From the NCBI GenBank assembly GCA_021790425.1, contig JAJYEA010000004.1, positions 13,227-77,226 on the forward strand: a stretch of DNA of 64,000 nt, read 5' to 3'. Position 1 is the stretch's first letter, and every line of letters starts with the position of its first letter. The DNA comes from Thermoplasmata archaeon (lineage in GTDB: Archaea; Thermoplasmatota; Thermoplasmata; Lutacidiplasmatales; UBA184). Under the pieces are notes generated by a model. That model was not told where the DNA came from. It worked only from the letters and a program-made list of their open reading frames with translations, and ran no database searches. A program made the translations under genes and the position numbers. Positions 29,882-37,914 of this stretch are shown here, piece after piece.

Positions 29882-30465
29882 TGGACGGGCTCTGGGCCCG
29901 GGGCGAGGAGATGACCGTCCATCTCGGGATGGGAGGGGTCGCCCTCCTGCTCGTGATCCTGCTCCTCCTCACGCCCGTCCTCGAGAACACCTCCATGCCG
30001 ATCGGGGGATCGCTCGTGACGAGCGCCCAGCTCGAGGTGGACACGGGCACGAACGGCTCGCTCCTCTTCTACGTGCTGAGCAACGGGCACGTCCGCTTCA
30101 CGACCATCTCCGTCGGGGTCAACCTCTCCCTCCCCTCGCAGGACCTCGGCTCCGCGTCGGGCATCCACTGGACCCGGTGGTACAATTGGTCCAACCGCAT
30201 CACGACGATGTTCACGCTGGCGAACGTGACGCAGTTCGCCGTGAACGTGACAGCGAGCTACTACCAGGCGGGGACCACCTCGCCGGAGTACCTCTCGTGG
30301 GGCGTCTACGGGTTCCAGCTCTCGGGCCCGGGAGGGTCGGGCACGCTGACCGCCTACCCGCTCTCCGCCGGGCTCCCCGCGACCTCCTCCCAGACCTGGT
30401 CCCTCTCCGCGCTGCCGCAGACGATGGTCCTCGCCGAGAAGACGGTGCCGTCCCCCGGCGGGTGA
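29878..30465 (+). CDS. Hypothetical membrane-anchored extracellular protein
   Basis: ATGA-coupled to ubiX; N-terminal hydrophobic helix; Ser/Thr/Asn-rich beta domain with NxS/T sequons. Confidence 0.65.
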   Translation: MMDGLWARGEEMTVHLGMGGVALLLVILLLLTPVLENTSMPIGGSLVTSAQLEVDTGTNGSLLFYVLSNGHVRFTTISVGVNLSLPSQDLGSASGIHWTRWYNWSNRITTMFTLANVTQFAVNVTASYYQAGTTSPEYLSWGVYGFQLSGPGGSGTLTAYPLSAGLPATSSQTWSLSALPQTMVLAEKTVPSPGG

Positions 30466-30657
30466 CGCCTCGTCCCTCGGGGAGAAGGGGTCTCGCTCGC
30501 CCCGTCAGCCTCATGACCGTTTCCTGTCTCATGGCCCCGTACCCATGTTGAAATGCGGTGGCGGTCGTTCCCGGCGGGAGGGAGTCCTCCAGGCCCACCG
30601 GAGGCCCCGTCCCATCTTCCGCACCCCCGGGCGCTCCGCGGGCCGGTCCGGAGTCCC

Positions 30658-30990
30658 ATGAGACCCTCCCGTGCCATCACCTTCTGGAGCCTCGTCATCG
30701 CCATCCTGGTGCTCCTCGAGGTCGCCGAGGTCACCCACCTCTTCACCCTCGGGATCGTGGCGGTGCTGAGCGATCCGCTCGCCTTCATCTTCGCCATCTT
30801 CCTGATCACGATCCTCGCGCTCGTGGGGGCGCTCTTCGTCGGCATCTACGTGGCCCACCGCATCCTCTCCCCCGGGTCCTTCACCCCCTTCGAGACGGAG
30901 ATGCTGAAGATGCGGGGGGAGATCCACGACCTGACGAAGAAGGTCGAAACGCTCGTCGAGCAGGAGCAACCCAAGGAGGGGCCGAAGTGA
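30658..30990 (+). CDS. Small membrane protein (2 TM + C-terminal coiled coil)
   Basis: Two hydrophobic helices then FETEMLKMRGEIHDLTKKVETL; GTGA-coupled to guaAA. Confidence 0.7.
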   Translation: MRPSRAITFWSLVIAILVLLEVAEVTHLFTLGIVAVLSDPLAFIFAIFLITILALVGALFVGIYVAHRILSPGSFTPFETEMLKMRGEIHDLTKKVETLVEQEQPKEGPK

Positions 30991-31553
30991 AGATCGCCGT
31001 CGTCGACAACGGGGGGCAGTGGACCCATCGCGAGTACCGCGTCCTCCGCGACCTCGGGGTCGAGGCGCGGGTGGTCCCCTACACGACCCCCCTCGCCGAG
31101 CTCGACGCGGACGGGCTCGTCCTGAGCGGGGGCGCCCTCAGCATGGAGGGGACCCATCCCACCCTGGGCGAGGAGGGCACGTACCTCGACTCCGCGCAGG
31201 TCCCCATCCTGGCGATCTGCGTGGGCCACCACTTCATGGCGGCCCATTTCGGCGGCGAGGTGCGCCGGGCGGCCAGCCCCGAGTTCGGTCGGGTGGCGCT
31301 CGAGGTCGACCATTCCGACTCCGGCCTCATGGAGGGGCTCCCTCCCCGGTTCAACGTGTGGGCGTCCCACAACGACGAGGTGGCGGTCCTGCCCCCGGTC
31401 TTCCGGGTGCTCGCCCATTCGCCGTCGTGCCAGGTCGAGATGATGGCCCATACCTCCCGTCCCCTCTTCGGCGTCCAGTTCCACCCGGAGGTGGAGCACA
31501 CGGAGCACGGGGTGCGGATCTTCGAGAACTTCCTCGCCCTCTGCCGGCGCTAG
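30987..31553 (+). CDS. guaAA: GMP synthase glutamine amidotransferase subunit A
   Basis: MKIAVVDNGGQWTHR, ICVGHH catalytic Cys, SHNDEV, GVQFHPEV. Confidence 0.9.
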   Translation: MKIAVVDNGGQWTHREYRVLRDLGVEARVVPYTTPLAELDADGLVLSGGALSMEGTHPTLGEEGTYLDSAQVPILAICVGHHFMAAHFGGEVRRAASPEFGRVALEVDHSDSGLMEGLPPRFNVWASHNDEVAVLPPVFRVLAHSPSCQVEMMAHTSRPLFGVQFHPEVEHTEHGVRIFENFLALCRR

Positions 31554-31562
31554 CGGGGACCG

Positions 31563-33134
31563 ATGCCACGGATCCGGAAGACCTCGGGCGGGAAGGAAGA
31601 AGCGCTTCTGGCGCGAGCCCGCGAGCTGAAGAAGGACCCCCTTCCCCTCTTGCCCACCCTCGCACCGGGGACGCCGGAGGCCCCCTTCGAGCGCATCCGC
31701 CGGGAGCTGCTCGCGGTGCAGGAGTCCGCCGAGGACACCGAGGCGCTGCGCCGGCTCATGACCCGCGGGGAGGACCTCGCCCGCGCCTACGCCGGTCTCC
31801 TCTATTTCGCCGAGGAGCGCCCCGACGTGGTGATGGTGGTCGCGCGCTATCCTACCGGCGAGATCCCCTACATGCCCGTGGGCGCCGCGAGCCCGGAGGC
31901 GCACATCGCGGTGCAGTACTACAGCGACCCGCGCCGCCTCCTCCTCGGCTACCTGGCGATGACGCGGCCCCGGCTCCTCGGCCCGGGCGGCTTCCACTTC
32001 TACGCGACGGAGCGGAAGGTGGTCTGCACGGGCAAGGAGGCCCGTCCTCCCCCGGAGTTCCTGGCCGCGAGCGTGAACCGCCTGCCGTACAAGCTCCAGC
32101 GTGTCGACGCGAAGGAGGGGGACCGGCGCGTCTGCTCCCACCTGCAGCGCGGAGAGGCGCAGCCGTACCTGGAGGTGCACTGGGACGCGGCCGAGGCCGT
32201 CTACCGGGTCTGCCGCAAGTGCGTGCGCTCCGACACCCACCTCCTCTCCTCCCTGCTCGAGAGCATGGCGGTCCCGGACCCGGAGGGCTCCTTCCAGGTC
32301 TCCGCGGACTACAACCTGGACCACCAGCATCCGGGCGCCTGCCCCCTCCGGGCCTCCGGGTCCATCGACGGGGGCGAGGAACGCCGCTACCGACGCGGGC
32401 GCATCTCCGACGCGGACCTCCTCGCCGGGTTCGTCAAGGAGGCCGAGACCTCGCTCCTCGCCACGAGGGGGACCGCCTTCGTGGCGGGAGGCCGGTGCTT
32501 CGGATCCGACGCGAAGGCCTTCGTGGACAGCCTCTCCCCGACCCCCGCCGAGCGCCGCGCGCTCACGGCGGTCGTGTCCGGGTTCGGGGCCCCCCTGCTC
32601 GTTCCTGAGGCCACGTCCGGCAAGGCCGTCGAGGTCCTGTGGAAGGACCACGCGGCCGAGCTGGTGGAGGCGATGGGCATCGACGAGGGAGAGGCGGAGG
32701 CCCTCGTCCGCGAGTTCCGCAACTCCCCGGGGAGGGTGAGCGGTCTCCTGGAACGCCTCTATCAGAAGGGGAAGGAGCAGGAGGTGCTCGCCACCCTGCC
32801 CACGTACGCGGACATGGTCCCCGAGGCCGCCTTCTGCGTGGACGCGTCCCGGGTCTACCGGACGCAGGGCGCCGGGCCCCTCGAGGCGCGGCTGACGAGC
32901 TCCCTGCCCGAGGCGGGCAAGGTGCGGGGGCTCGCGTGGAGCTTCCTCGTGGTCCTCGGTCCCGCGGCCGAGCGGCACCGCTGGCGCTTCAGCGACAAGG
33001 AGCGGGAGTTCGGCGAGAGCCTGGTCCCCGCGGCGCGTCTGGTACTCGAGGCCCCGGCGGAGGAGTACGACCGGGCGATGGGCGAGCTCCTGTCCCATGC
33101 CGGGGTGACCTCGTGGGGCCGGAGGGTCTCGTGA
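31563..33134 (+). CDS. Hypothetical soluble protein (523 aa) with several Cys/His motifs
   Basis: Strong coding bias, tight coupling to neighbours; VCSHL, VCRKC, HPGAC motifs; no recognised family. Confidence 0.7.
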   Translation: MPRIRKTSGGKEEALLARARELKKDPLPLLPTLAPGTPEAPFERIRRELLAVQESAEDTEALRRLMTRGEDLARAYAGLLYFAEERPDVVMVVARYPTGEIPYMPVGAASPEAHIAVQYYSDPRRLLLGYLAMTRPRLLGPGGFHFYATERKVVCTGKEARPPPEFLAASVNRLPYKLQRVDAKEGDRRVCSHLQRGEAQPYLEVHWDAAEAVYRVCRKCVRSDTHLLSSLLESMAVPDPEGSFQVSADYNLDHQHPGACPLRASGSIDGGEERRYRRGRISDADLLAGFVKEAETSLLATRGTAFVAGGRCFGSDAKAFVDSLSPTPAERRALTAVVSGFGAPLLVPEATSGKAVEVLWKDHAAELVEAMGIDEGEAEALVREFRNSPGRVSGLLERLYQKGKEQEVLATLPTYADMVPEAAFCVDASRVYRTQGAGPLEARLTSSLPEAGKVRGLAWSFLVVLGPAAERHRWRFSDKEREFGESLVPAARLVLEAPAEEYDRAMGELLSHAGVTSWGRRVS

Positions 33135-34132
33135 CGCCCGCGCCGGGCCGGTCCCCCCCTCGCCTCGCGAGGGGAAGCCATCTCCGGATCCTGGCCCCGG
33201 CCCGGAGCCTGCAACATATCGCGCCCCGCGTCCGTGCAGCGGCCGACGAACGCCTCCGGGGCCTCGGCTTCGCCCTCTCCTTCGGCCACCATGTCGAGGA
33301 GAAGGACGAGTTCAACTCCACCTCGGTCGCGCATCGCGTGGCCGACCTCCACGCCGCGTGGGAGGACCCGGCGGTCCAGGGGATGCTGACCGTCATCGGG
33401 GGGTACAACTCGAACCAGCTCCTCCGGTCGATCGACTACCGGCTCCTGGAGCGGAACCCGAAGGTCTTCTGCGGGTACAGCGACATCACGGCCCTCCACC
33501 TCGCGATCCACGCGAAGACGGGGCACATCACCTACTACGGGCCCCACTACTCGAACTTCGGCGACGTCGAGGGGGCGGACTACTCCGTCGAGTCCTTCCT
33601 CCAGACCACGACCACGGCCAACCCCTTCGAGGTGTCCCCCTCCCGCTCGTGGAGCGAGGATGCGTGGTTCCTGCCGGCGCCGGTCCCCCGCCACTTCCCC
33701 CCGAACCCCGGGCCGAGGGTGCTCCAGCCGGGGAAGGCCGAGGGGGTGCTCCTCGGGGGAAACCTCTGCACCGTGAACCTCCTCCAGGGGACGGAGTACC
33801 TCCCGGACCTCGCCGGTGCCCTCGTCTTCGTCGAAGACGTGGGCGAGGCGGCCACGCCTCCCTACTTCGACCGCAACCTCCAGTCGCTCCTCCACCAGAA
33901 GGGGGGCGACCAGATCGCCGGCCTGCTGATCGGGCGGTTCCAGAGCCAGGCGAACATGACGGACTCCCTGCTGGAGAAGATCGTGGCGTCGAAGCCCGAG
34001 CTCGAGGGGATCCCCGTTGTCTCGGGCTTCGACTTCGGCCACACCACGCCCATGATGACCCTCCCTATGGGGGGACGGGGGTCCGTGGAGGCTGCCGATA
34101 CCTCCGTCCGCCTGCGCTGGCTTGACCACTGA
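33131..34132 (+). CDS. S66 peptidase (LD-carboxypeptidase/MccF-like)
   Basis: GTG 33131 overlaps the previous stop. Motifs RVADLHAAW, IGGYNSNQLL, GYSDIT (Ser), GGNL, FVED (Glu), DFGHTTP (His). Confidence 0.9.
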   Translation: MTPAPGRSPPRLARGSHLRILAPARSLQHIAPRVRAAADERLRGLGFALSFGHHVEEKDEFNSTSVAHRVADLHAAWEDPAVQGMLTVIGGYNSNQLLRSIDYRLLERNPKVFCGYSDITALHLAIHAKTGHITYYGPHYSNFGDVEGADYSVESFLQTTTTANPFEVSPSRSWSEDAWFLPAPVPRHFPPNPGPRVLQPGKAEGVLLGGNLCTVNLLQGTEYLPDLAGALVFVEDVGEAATPPYFDRNLQSLLHQKGGDQIAGLLIGRFQSQANMTDSLLEKIVASKPELEGIPVVSGFDFGHTTPMMTLPMGGRGSVEAADTSVRLRWLDH

Positions 34133-34163
34133 GAAGTGGCCTTTCTCAGGGAAACTTGAAATC

Positions 34164-34169
34164 TTATAT
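34164..34169 (+). promoter_or_regulatory. TATA box (TTATAT) for the solute-binding protein gene
   Basis: Ends 25 nt before ATG 34194, with an A-rich BRE-like sequence upstream. Confidence 0.6.
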
Positions 34170-34193
34170 GGGGGGTCCATCCATTATCATGGC

Positions 34194-37100
34194 ATGGTGG
34201 AGAGGCCCCTTCTCGTCCTGACGACCGCCATCCTTCTGGTGGCCCTGATGACCGTCCCTGCGCCAGCTCTCTCACGGACCGCCCCCACGAACCTCGTCCC
34301 ACCGACGGCGCACGTTCGCTCGCCGATCTCGAGCGGCTCCCCGAAGGTCCTAACGCCGTCCGTCCCCTCTTCCCCTTCCCCCCACCCGGGAACGGTGGAC
34401 GCCTACTACCTCGTGCCTGGTGGCTCGTTCTCCGAGGACCCCGGTGTGGACTATGAAACGGTGGGGATGGAACCGATAGTGAACGTCTTCCAGACGCTCA
34501 TCAGCTACAACGGCTCCCTGGCCGGGCCCTACCCCACGGACTACGTGCCCAACCTCGCGACCTGCGTCCCGGGCTCCAGCCTCTGCACGCAGCTCTACGG
34601 GAACACGCTCCAGAGCGGGGACAACTACACGTTCGTGATCAACCCGAACGCGGAGTTCTACAACCCCTCCACGAAGTCCAGCGCGAACGTCTTCCCGATG
34701 GACGTGCTGTTCAGCTACGTCCGGACCTGCATGTTCGCGGACTTCCCCTACGGCAACCCCGGCTGGATCCAGTGCCAGTCGCTCCTGCCCTTCGGGAGCA
34801 GCTCGTACGACAGCGGCCTCCACTACCCGTACAACAGCACCCCGACCAACATCCTGAACGCCATCCAGATCAACAACACGGCGTTCTGTCCGGTGAGCGC
34901 CACCTACGGGTGCGTGACCTTCGACACCCAGTACAGCGGGAACCACTGGCCGGACTTCCTCGAGTTCGTCGCGGACCCCCTGGGCGGCGGCATCATGGAC
35001 TGCAACTACGCGATGAGCGTGGGCATGTCCTCGGCGATGCCCGGCTTCTCGTGCGGTGCGGCCACGGACCCGACGGGGATCGCCGACACGGCGTGGGACG
35101 GAGTCTCCCTCGGCATGGGTTCCGCCGGATCGGACTACTCGGGAACGAGCGGTCAGCCGGTGGCCAACTGGGCCAACACGCTCCGCTGGTCGATGGTGGG
35201 AAGCGGACCGTACTACCTCTCCTCGCTCATCCCCGGAACCAGCTACACCGTGATGACCAACCCCGACTGGAAGGGCACGACCTGCTCCTGGTCCGGATGC
35301 CTGCCCGCCGCCTTCCCAGTGAATACCGTGAACATGGTTTGGGAGTCGAATGCGAGCGAAGGGGAAGTCGCTCTCGAGAACGGTCAGGCGGACATTGCCA
35401 CGATCCCCGCCGCGAACTTCTCCAGCGTGCTCCTGCCACTGCTCTCCAGCGGAAAGGCGAACCTCACGACTTCGCAGTCGCTCTCGCTGCTATTCACCAA
35501 CTTCGACATGGACTTCAGCACCTCGGGTGCCCAGTCCCTCCTGCCGAACGGAACGACCCTCCAGGCTCCGGGGGACCTCTTGCAGGACCTCGCGTTCCGT
35601 CAATTCCTGACGCACGCCTACCCCTACGCCACGGTCCAGAGTCAGTACAACACCCTCGACGGCGTCCCGACGTACGACCTCTATGGAGGGGCCATCCCCC
35701 AGGGGATGGCCAACTACTACCCGACGAACATCTCCTGGGACGACCAGGACCCCGGTCAGTGGCCGTCGGGATCGCCCGAGAACGCCTCCTACTGGTGGGC
35801 CCAGACCCAGTCCGAGCACGGGATTGCGGCCCAGGCGTGCACGGTAGCGAAGCCCTGCGTCTTCCCGCTCGTGTCGATAAACGGGGCCGCGATCCAGGAC
35901 AAGATCGACTCCGCGTGGGTCTCCGACATCTCGAATCTCTCCGGTGGCGCGGTCGACGCGGTACCGGTGGACATGCCGTTCATCAACCTCGCCATCAACA
36001 GCTGGGCCGCACCCGGTCAGAACCCGATGCCGATGTACGAGCTCGGCTGGGTCCCGGACTACCCTGACCCGACGGACTACGTGAACCCGATCTACATGCC
36101 GGACAACACGTTCACCTACGGAGACGCGCTCTGCGAGGCTCTCGGGATGTTTACCACCCTGGGATGCGCGTCCTCTACCAACCTGGCGGCGGGGAGCTAC
36201 GACAACCCGTTGCCGGCCGGCTGGGTCTGGACCAACGACACCGTAACGACCGCAACGCAGGGGACGGCCTATACCTACATGACGGAACTGCTGGCCCAGG
36301 CGGCCTTCGACATGAACCTGCCGGAGCGCGCCCTGCTCTACAACGCCGCGGAGCATGTGGCCCAGCAGCTCGGGATCTTCGTCCCAAACCCCGGGCAAGA
36401 GGTGGTGGACTGGGTAACGGCGTCGTGGCTGGACACTCCCTCGCTGGATCAGAACCCCCTCGTCGGTGGAGTGGGCGACATGGCCTGGTACACCCTGCGC
36501 TACGTTCAATCGGGCACGCCGTCCGGCCCGACCATCTCCGCCTTCGCGGCCTCGTCCTCCGCGGTGGCGGCCGGCCAGACCGTCTATCTGAACGTCACCG
36601 CCACCGGAGGGACCGGACCCCTGTCCTACGCGTACACGGGCCTTCCCGCCGCCTGCACGAGCGCGAACACGAGCCATCTCCCGTGCGTGTCCACTTCGCT
36701 TGGTGGGCCCTATACGGTCATGGTCACGGTCACGGATTCCGCCCAGCGCGCGGCCGACGCGTTCACGTCCTTCAGCGTGACCCTTCCGGGCGTGGGCCCC
36801 ACGATCTCCTCCTTCACGGCCTCCCCCTCTTCCGCCCCTCTCGGCGGGAAGGTCTACCTCAATGTCACCGTGTCGGGGGGCACGGGACCCCTCTCCTACG
36901 CGTACGCCGGCCTCCCCTCCCCCTGCGCCGGCGCGAACGCGAGCCAGATCATCTGCATCCCGGGTGCCGCCGGAGGTCCGTACACCGTAACCGTGACGGT
37001 CTCGGATTCCGCTACCCCCCGTCACACAGCGACCTCCGCGGCCTCGTTCTCCGTCGCGGGGGGGAGCACGCCCACCATCGGCTCCTTCACGGCCTCGCCC

Positions 37101-37838
37101 GCTTCTATCCCGCTCGGAGGCACCACCTACCTCAACGTATCGGTCTCCGGCGGCATCGGGCCGCTCACGTACTCCTACAACGCGCTTCCGGCCGGATGCA
37201 CGTCGGCGAACCGTTCCTCGCTCCCGTGCGCCCCGAGCGCCTCCGGCAGCTTCAGCGTGACGGTCACGGTGACGGACTCGAAGGGGAACCACGTCACGAG
37301 CGGTCCGGCGACCTTCACGGTGACACCGCTCGCGAGCCCCTCGCTCTCGGGCGTGGCGGTCTCGCCGGGCTCCGCCTCGCTGGACACGGGCGCTTCCACT
37401 TCGTTCTCCGCGGCCCTCACCTGCACGGGAGGCACCTGCCCCTCCGGGGCCACCTATGCCTGGTCGGTCTCCCCGGGGTCCGCGGGCTCCCTGAGTTCGT
37501 CGGGGGGAGCGAGCGTGTCCTTCACGGCGGGATCTTCCGCGGGCACCGCCACGCTCACCGTCCTGGCCACCCTCCACGGGATATCGAAGACCGCCTCCGC
37601 CTCGATCACCATCTCCGCGAAGCTCTCACCCCCGGGAAACCCCGGGCCCTCCGGGAACACGATATACCTCCTGATCGGCGCGCTGGTTGCGGTGGTGGTC
37701 GTCGGTGCCGTGGTCGGGGTACTCCTCTGGCGGAGACGGGGCCGGGGCCCCTCCGCCCCCGTGGCCCCACCCCCCGGGACATCCGCCGGACAGTCGGAAC
37801 CTCCCGCGCTCTTGCCTCCACCCCCTCCTCGATCCTGA
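34194..37838 (+). CDS. Family-5 (Opp/Dpp-like) solute-binding protein fused to three Cys-paired Ig-like repeats, a Big-like domain and a C-terminal TM
   Basis: Signal peptide; DPGVDYET...NVFQTLISY, GSGPYYL, FRQFLTHAYPY, LGWVPDYPDPTDY, RALLYNAAE; TM then RRRGR. Confidence 0.82.
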   Translation: MVERPLLVLTTAILLVALMTVPAPALSRTAPTNLVPPTAHVRSPISSGSPKVLTPSVPSSPSPHPGTVDAYYLVPGGSFSEDPGVDYETVGMEPIVNVFQTLISYNGSLAGPYPTDYVPNLATCVPGSSLCTQLYGNTLQSGDNYTFVINPNAEFYNPSTKSSANVFPMDVLFSYVRTCMFADFPYGNPGWIQCQSLLPFGSSSYDSGLHYPYNSTPTNILNAIQINNTAFCPVSATYGCVTFDTQYSGNHWPDFLEFVADPLGGGIMDCNYAMSVGMSSAMPGFSCGAATDPTGIADTAWDGVSLGMGSAGSDYSGTSGQPVANWANTLRWSMVGSGPYYLSSLIPGTSYTVMTNPDWKGTTCSWSGCLPAAFPVNTVNMVWESNASEGEVALENGQADIATIPAANFSSVLLPLLSSGKANLTTSQSLSLLFTNFDMDFSTSGAQSLLPNGTTLQAPGDLLQDLAFRQFLTHAYPYATVQSQYNTLDGVPTYDLYGGAIPQGMANYYPTNISWDDQDPGQWPSGSPENASYWWAQTQSEHGIAAQACTVAKPCVFPLVSINGAAIQDKIDSAWVSDISNLSGGAVDAVPVDMPFINLAINSWAAPGQNPMPMYELGWVPDYPDPTDYVNPIYMPDNTFTYGDALCEALGMFTTLGCASSTNLAAGSYDNPLPAGWVWTNDTVTTATQGTAYTYMTELLAQAAFDMNLPERALLYNAAEHVAQQLGIFVPNPGQEVVDWVTASWLDTPSLDQNPLVGGVGDMAWYTLRYVQSGTPSGPTISAFAASSSAVAAGQTVYLNVTATGGTGPLSYAYTGLPAACTSANTSHLPCVSTSLGGPYTVMVTVTDSAQRAADAFTSFSVTLPGVGPTISSFTASPSSAPLGGKVYLNVTVSGGTGPLSYAYAGLPSPCAGANASQIICIPGAAGGPYTVTVTVSDSATPRHTATSAASFSVAGGSTPTIGSFTASPASIPLGGTTYLNVSVSGGIGPLTYSYNALPAGCTSANRSSLPCAPSASGSFSVTVTVTDSKGNHVTSGPATFTVTPLASPSLSGVAVSPGSASLDTGASTSFSAALTCTGGTCPSGATYAWSVSPGSAGSLSSSGGASVSFTAGSSAGTATLTVLATLHGISKTASASITISAKLSPPGNPGPSGNTIYLLIGALVAVVVVGAVVGVLLWRRRGRGPSAPVAPPPGTSAGQSEPPALLPPPPPRS

Positions 37839-37914
37839 AGGGGTCCTCCGGCGTTCCCCGGAGGCGGCCGGGGCACCGGCAGGCTCTTCTAGGGCCCGGC
37901 GCTTCGAGGGAACG

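Noticed and set aside
30466-30657. Possible ncRNA (SRP/RNase P-like) or small ORF in the gap before the guaAA operon
   Set aside because: CCAGGCCC is present but the following SRP helix-8 motif is not, and there is no RNase P signature; no support.
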